64,000 nt of DNA. Source: an uncultured Bacteroidota bacterium (GTDB taxonomy: Bacteria; Bacteroidota; Bacteroidia; Bacteroidales; WCHB1-69). The stretch covers positions 20,022 to 84,021 of the forward strand of contig CACYHL010000001.1 of the NCBI GenBank assembly GCA_902774205.1. The letters are read 5' to 3'. Positions 60,079 to 64,000 of this stretch are shown here, in pieces. The position numbers were made by a program, and so were the translations under genes. The notes under the pieces were generated by a model. That model was not told the DNA's origin and ran no database searches. It worked only from the letters and a program-made list of their open reading frames with translations. Every line of letters begins with the position of its first letter. Position 1 is the stretch's first letter.

Positions 60079-61350
60079 TTAGTCGATAATGTCGAAACCT
60101 GTGTATTTTCTAAGGACTTCAGGAACAACAATACCGTCTTTCGTCTGATAGTTTTCGATAATTGAAGCCATGATGCGCGGCAGGGCGAGTGCGCTGCCGT
60201 TGAGGGTGTGCGCAAGACGTGTTTTTCCGTTCCCGTCTTTGAATCTCAGTTTCAAACGGTTCGCCTGATAGCTTTCAAAATTTGATATTGAACTGACTTC
60301 CAACCATTTGCGCTGCGCTTTGGAATAGACTTCAAGGTCGTAGGTTAGAGCTGAGGTGAAGCTGATGTCACCGCCGCAGAGACGCAGCACACGAAATGGC
60401 AACCCGAGTCTTTGAAGCAGCGACATTCCGTATTGTTTCATCTGTTCCAATGTTTCATACGAGCGGTCTGGGTGTTCAATCTGCACCATCTCCACCTTGT
60501 CGAATTGGTGCAGGCGGTTGAGTCCGCGCACATCTTTGCCGTACGAGCCGGCTTCGCGGCGGAAACATGCGGAGTAAGCACATCTTTTTATCGGGAAATC
60601 AGTCTCTTTCAGAATCATATCCCTGAAGATATTCGTAATCGGCACCTCGGCGGTCGGAATCAGATAGAGGTTGTCTTCGTTAACATAGTACATTTGTCCC
60701 TCTTTGTCCGGCAGCTGGCCTGTGGCATACGCTGAGGCCTCGTTCACAACGTAAGGCGGCTGTGTCTCTTCGTAGCCAGCCTCAGTCGCACTGTCGAGGA
60801 AGAAGTTGATGAGTGCGCGCTGCATTTTCGCACCTTTGCCTTTGTAAACAGGGAAGCCTGCACCTGTGATTTTAGTGCCAAGCTCGAAATCTATAATGTC
60901 ATACTTTTTCACAAGTTCCCAGTGCGGCAGAGCGTCATCGCCGAGGTCGGAGGCGTCGCCCTCGCTATAGACGATCTCATTGTCTTCAGCGCCTTTGCCG
61001 GGAGCCACGGAGGTGTGCGGCATGTTCGGCAGAAGCACCATCTTGCGGTTGAGTTCATCGGTCTTCGCGTCAACGGTGGCCTGCAATTCCTTCTCCTCGC
61101 TCTTCATAACAGCAGTCTTCTCCTTCACCACCGCCGCCTCGGCTGCCTTACCTGTTTTGAAAAGCATACCAATCTCTTTCGCCATCTTGTTCTGCTCGGC
61201 AAGGTTCTCGTCCAAACGCTTTTTCGCGCCTCTTATTTCAATATCTAATGTAAGTACTTCATTAACAATATTTTCCGCATCAAAGTTTTTGATTTTCAAT
61301 CTTTCAATAACTTTTTCCGGATTTTCTCTTAACAACTGAATCTGTAACAT
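60079..61350 (-). CDS. serS: serine--tRNA ligase
   Basis: N-terminal coiled-coil arm with class-II motifs FRREAGS and GSALALPR. Confidence 0.95.
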   Translation of the reverse strand: MLQIQLLRENPEKVIERLKIKNFDAENIVNEVLTLDIEIRGAKKRLDENLAEQNKMAKEIGMLFKTGKAAEAAVVKEKTAVMKSEEKELQATVDAKTDELNRKMVLLPNMPHTSVAPGKGAEDNEIVYSEGDASDLGDDALPHWELVKKYDIIDFELGTKITGAGFPVYKGKGAKMQRALINFFLDSATEAGYEETQPPYVVNEASAYATGQLPDKEGQMYYVNEDNLYLIPTAEVPITNIFRDMILKETDFPIKRCAYSACFRREAGSYGKDVRGLNRLHQFDKVEMVQIEHPDRSYETLEQMKQYGMSLLQRLGLPFRVLRLCGGDISFTSALTYDLEVYSKAQRKWLEVSSISNFESYQANRLKLRFKDGNGKTRLAHTLNGSALALPRIMASIIENYQTKDGIVVPEVLRKYTGFDIID

Positions 61351-61383
61351 TTCTATGATTTTTTATAAGGTTCTGAAGAATTT

Positions 61384-63183
61384 TTATCTTTTTTTCTGCT
61401 GTTGGCGCATCATCTGCTGTTGCTGTCTCTGCATCTCCTCAAGTTTTTTCTCCCATTTCGACTTCTTCACGGGCTTTTCCATATTCGCTTTCAGCTTGGC
61501 GCGGAGTTTGTCTTCATTAACCGCATATCTGAAAATCCCCATCTGAATGAAAGTTATAATGTTGACTAACAGATAATAATATGTCAAAGCTGATGAGAAT
61601 GAGTTGAACATCGGGAGGAAGAGGATTGGCATTATGTACATCATCCACTTCATCATTTTCTGCTGCTGCTCGTCTCCGGTCGGAGCCATGAGCCGGTTGT
61701 TAAGCCACGTGTAGAAGAGTGTGGCTATAGTCATCAGAAGGCAGAAGAGGCTCACATGATCGCCGTAGAACGGAATGTTGAAGCTGAAATCCAAAATCGA
61801 GTCGTATGTTGAGAGGTCTTCAGCCCAAAGGAACGACTGCTGGCGTAACTCGTAAGCTGACGGGAAGAAGCGGAACATAGCGACGAGAATCGGGAATTGG
61901 AAAAGCATTGGCAAGCAGCCCGACATAGGACTCACACCTGCTTTTTTGTATAGGCTCATTGTCGCCTGCTGTTTTTTCATTGCATCCTCCTGCTTGGGAT
62001 AACGCGCGTTTATCTCCATCAATTCCGGTTTCAGCACCCGCATTTTCGCAGATGACATATATGTTTTGTATGCCACTGGGAACAGAATGGTCTTTATTAT
62101 TATTGTAAGAATGAGAATAATGATACCATAGTTGATTCCGTATGCTTCGAGCCAGTTGAAGATTGGGATGATGGCTATTCTGTTAATCCAGTGAAGAAGG
62201 AAACTCCATCCAAGCGGGACCTGACGTTCGAGATTGAGGTCATATTCCTTCAAAAGTTTGTACTGGTTCGGGCCATAGTAGAAAGACATGTCGAAGCTGC
62301 CATGGTCGAGATCGCTGATTGGGAACTCCAACTGTGCTGAAGCCTCTTTCAGAAGATGACGTTCCGATTTGTCGGGCAGCGACACTTTCAGGAACCCGCT
62401 GCTGAAATTCGCGGAGTCGGCAATCAGCACCGAAGTGAAGAACTGCTGCTTGAACCCAACCCATTTCAACTCTGACGCAAACTCCTTCTTGTCGGGTTTC
62501 CGCTCCTCAAGATTGTCAACATCATCAGTGTTATCCATGTAGTATATTGTGGTGATGTCGCGCTCGTACTCGTAATTTTTCTCCACGTTATTGAGAGCAG
62601 CCGCCCAGTCCATTGAGAACGAACTGCTGTTGGTGTAAAGGTATTGCGACATGTTGACCATGTTCACGCGAAAACCGAAACGGAAATCATCAGGATTGAA
62701 AGTATATACATATTCTATATAGCTTCCGCTGTCAGTTTTTGAAACGGTCGCTCCACTCTCATCGGTCTCGGTCTTTACAGGGTGCGCACGCAAAACCAAC
62801 TGTTCTCCATTTTCTGTAACAATAAGAGTATCAATAATTTCTGAAACAAACAAAAGATCTTTGGTCTTTATTATCTTCTGGTTTTTCAGAGTCAGATTCA
62901 AGTTAAGGGAGTTGTCATTTCCGTCAAAAAGCACGAGATTCTTTTTGGCTGAATCTTTTGGGGTGTACGCGTAAATGTCCTTAAACTCAATTCTTTTGAG
63001 ATATCCGCCAATGGAAGAGAAAGTGTAGCGAGCAAGGTTTGTCTCCACGAAATAGTCGGCGGTGGCTTGTGCGGAGGCAAAATTGTTGTCGGCCTGCGGC
63101 GCGGGCTGGGCTGTGAAGTCATCGTTGGTGTTGCCCGCCATTGAGTCGGTTTTTATTGTAATCGTGGTGGAATCCTGCGCCAT
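61384..63183 (-). CDS. yidC: membrane protein insertase YidC (ORF lacks the usual N-terminal TM anchor)
   Basis: Large P1-like domain, 5-TM insertase core (MSGCLPMLFQFPILVAMF) and a K/R/Q-rich tail. The first ~30 aa (MAQDSTTITIKTDSMAGNTNDD) are hydrophilic. See the finding on the out-of-frame MDKN start. Confidence 0.85.
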   Translation of the reverse strand: MAQDSTTITIKTDSMAGNTNDDFTAQPAPQADNNFASAQATADYFVETNLARYTFSSIGGYLKRIEFKDIYAYTPKDSAKKNLVLFDGNDNSLNLNLTLKNQKIIKTKDLLFVSEIIDTLIVTENGEQLVLRAHPVKTETDESGATVSKTDSGSYIEYVYTFNPDDFRFGFRVNMVNMSQYLYTNSSSFSMDWAAALNNVEKNYEYERDITTIYYMDNTDDVDNLEERKPDKKEFASELKWVGFKQQFFTSVLIADSANFSSGFLKVSLPDKSERHLLKEASAQLEFPISDLDHGSFDMSFYYGPNQYKLLKEYDLNLERQVPLGWSFLLHWINRIAIIPIFNWLEAYGINYGIIILILTIIIKTILFPVAYKTYMSSAKMRVLKPELMEINARYPKQEDAMKKQQATMSLYKKAGVSPMSGCLPMLFQFPILVAMFRFFPSAYELRQQSFLWAEDLSTYDSILDFSFNIPFYGDHVSLFCLLMTIATLFYTWLNNRLMAPTGDEQQQKMMKWMMYIMPILFLPMFNSFSSALTYYYLLVNIITFIQMGIFRYAVNEDKLRAKLKANMEKPVKKSKWEKKLEEMQRQQQQMMRQQQKKR

Positions 63184-63238
63184 CTAATAATGAGTTTTTA
63201 TCCATTTTATGAGATTTGTTGTTTAAGTTAAAAACTTG

Positions 63239-63246
63239 CAAAAATA
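63239..63246 (-). promoter_or_regulatory. -7 box TATTTTTG for yidC
   Basis: The reverse complement of caaaaata, 33 nt upstream of the out-of-frame ATGGATAAAAAC and 55 nt upstream of the ORF ATG. Confidence 0.5.
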
Positions 63247-63253
63247 CAATTTT

Positions 63254-64000
63254 TTAGTATTCATCGTCCATCATTTCCTCATCTCCTGCCGGCATTTCTT
63301 TGCGGCGTTTGTAATTGTTGAACTTGTAACTCAGGGTGAGGTTGATTTCCAAGCCGCTCCGCACCCTTACACTATGCGCATCGTAGCCGTTTGTCTCACC
63401 AAAGGAATATGTATGGACATTGTTCTTCCTATTGAAAATGATATTCCTGATATTCATACTGATAACAAAATTCTTTTTGAACATCGATTTTTTTACACCG
63501 AAGTTCAGAGAGTAGCGCGCCGACCGTTTGCCCTGTCCGACACCATTGTTGCCCCACCCCATGCCACCGACAGTAAGCCCTGGCGAGTTGTAGCGGAAGT
63601 TGAGCTGCAAATCCCAGTCTTTCGGAAGCGTGAAGTTCTGGTTCAGCCTGATGTTCCAGTTCCAATGGTTTGAAAGGCTCTTTTCAAGAAGATTGTTGCT
63701 TTCTATGACTTCGTAGTACACGCTCCCCGAAAGTGTTATCTTCCAGAATTGCCACAAGCGCTGACCGTAGGTTATCTCAAGTCCGAGATTATGGCTGCTG
63801 TTGAGGTTTCTATAAGTCGTCAGCGTGGTCGAGTCGTCCAAGAGCTCGGTGTAGCGCGTGATTATGTCTTGCCTTTGGCGATAGAAAGCAGAAGTGTTGA
63901 GCGAGCTTTTTTTGATGTTCATAAGATAGCCGAGTTCAACAGAATTTACGAATTCAGGGTGAAGGTCGGGATTGCCGGTGCTCCAATTCTGACGGTCTGA
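63254..64000 (-). CDS. partial CDS (3' part): TonB-dependent-receptor-like outer-membrane beta-barrel (OMP_b-brl_3-type)
   Basis: The frame stays open to the window edge. The upstream codons read ...GNPDLHPEFVNSVELGY, a TBDR barrel motif. The C-terminal LTLSYKFNNYKRR tail is typical of this barrel family. Confidence 0.7.
   Translation of the reverse strand, partial: SDRQNWSTGNPDLHPEFVNSVELGYLMNIKKSSLNTSAFYRQRQDIITRYTELLDDSTTLTTYRNLNSSHNLGLEITYGQRLWQFWKITLSGSVYYEVIESNNLLEKSLSNHWNWNIRLNQNFTLPKDWDLQLNFRYNSPGLTVGGMGWGNNGVGQGKRSARYSLNFGVKKSMFKKNFVISMNIRNIIFNRKNNVHTYSFGETNGYDAHSVRVRSGLEINLTLSYKFNNYKRRKEMPAGDEEMMDDEY

Overview
This is a chromosomal segment of a Bacteroidota (Bacteroidales-type) genome. 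Most operons follow the Bacteroides -7 box TAnnTTTG, two secreted proteins carry T9SS C-terminal sorting domains, and a GldB-like gene and a FISUMP-domain gene are present. Layout: (i) 0-7.6 kb holds envelope and metabolic genes: a MauE/thioredoxin-like membrane protein, an AspC-like aminotransferase, a repeat-rich FISUMP surface protein, gmhA and a T9SS SGNH hydrolase. (ii) 7.6-43.2 kb is one long plus-strand glycan-biosynthesis region. It holds an unusual tailoring cassette (DegT aminotransferase, HpcH-like aldolase, PfkB kinase, class-I aminotransferase, ATP-grasp, GNAT), then a putative nonulosonic-acid transferase and a GT2. A complete legionaminic-acid-type CMP-nonulosonate pathway follows, with an AAA/DUF4143 ATPase wedged into it. 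Last comes a CDP-3,6-dideoxyhexose cassette (rfbF-rfbH-rfbG, epimerase, reductase) with a further GT and two oxidoreductases. No Wzx, Wzy, initiating transferase or UpxY-type regulator was recognised. (iii) An AT-richer (judged by eye) ~9.5 kb defence island splits this region at 25.9-35.4 kb. It has no integrase and carries three compact modules. The first is an XRE / PD-(D/E)xK-like / Beta-protein-like / RES-domain four-gene operon. The second is a Thoeris type-II-like TIR plus TM-Macro-like pair. The third is a three-gene operon with two paralogous 'DPYFN...HDRF' (K->R variant HKD/PLD-like) modules plus a 627-aa helical protein. The first and third are the best candidates for undescribed systems. 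A truncated SGNH gene marks the right edge of the island. (iv) 43.4-43.8 kb holds a decayed 3' fragment of a second GT2 gene, a bidirectional terminator and tRNA-Asn(GTT). (v) 43.9-64 kb is housekeeping: gyrB, murF, zapA-like, a candidate 6S-like structured RNA, rny, trxB, rimM, ligA, SNF transporter, gldB-like, ssb, yraN, hemW, serS, yidC and a partial OM barrel. The yidC ORF lacks the N-terminal TM anchor. All calls rest on motif recognition by eye; no database search was run.
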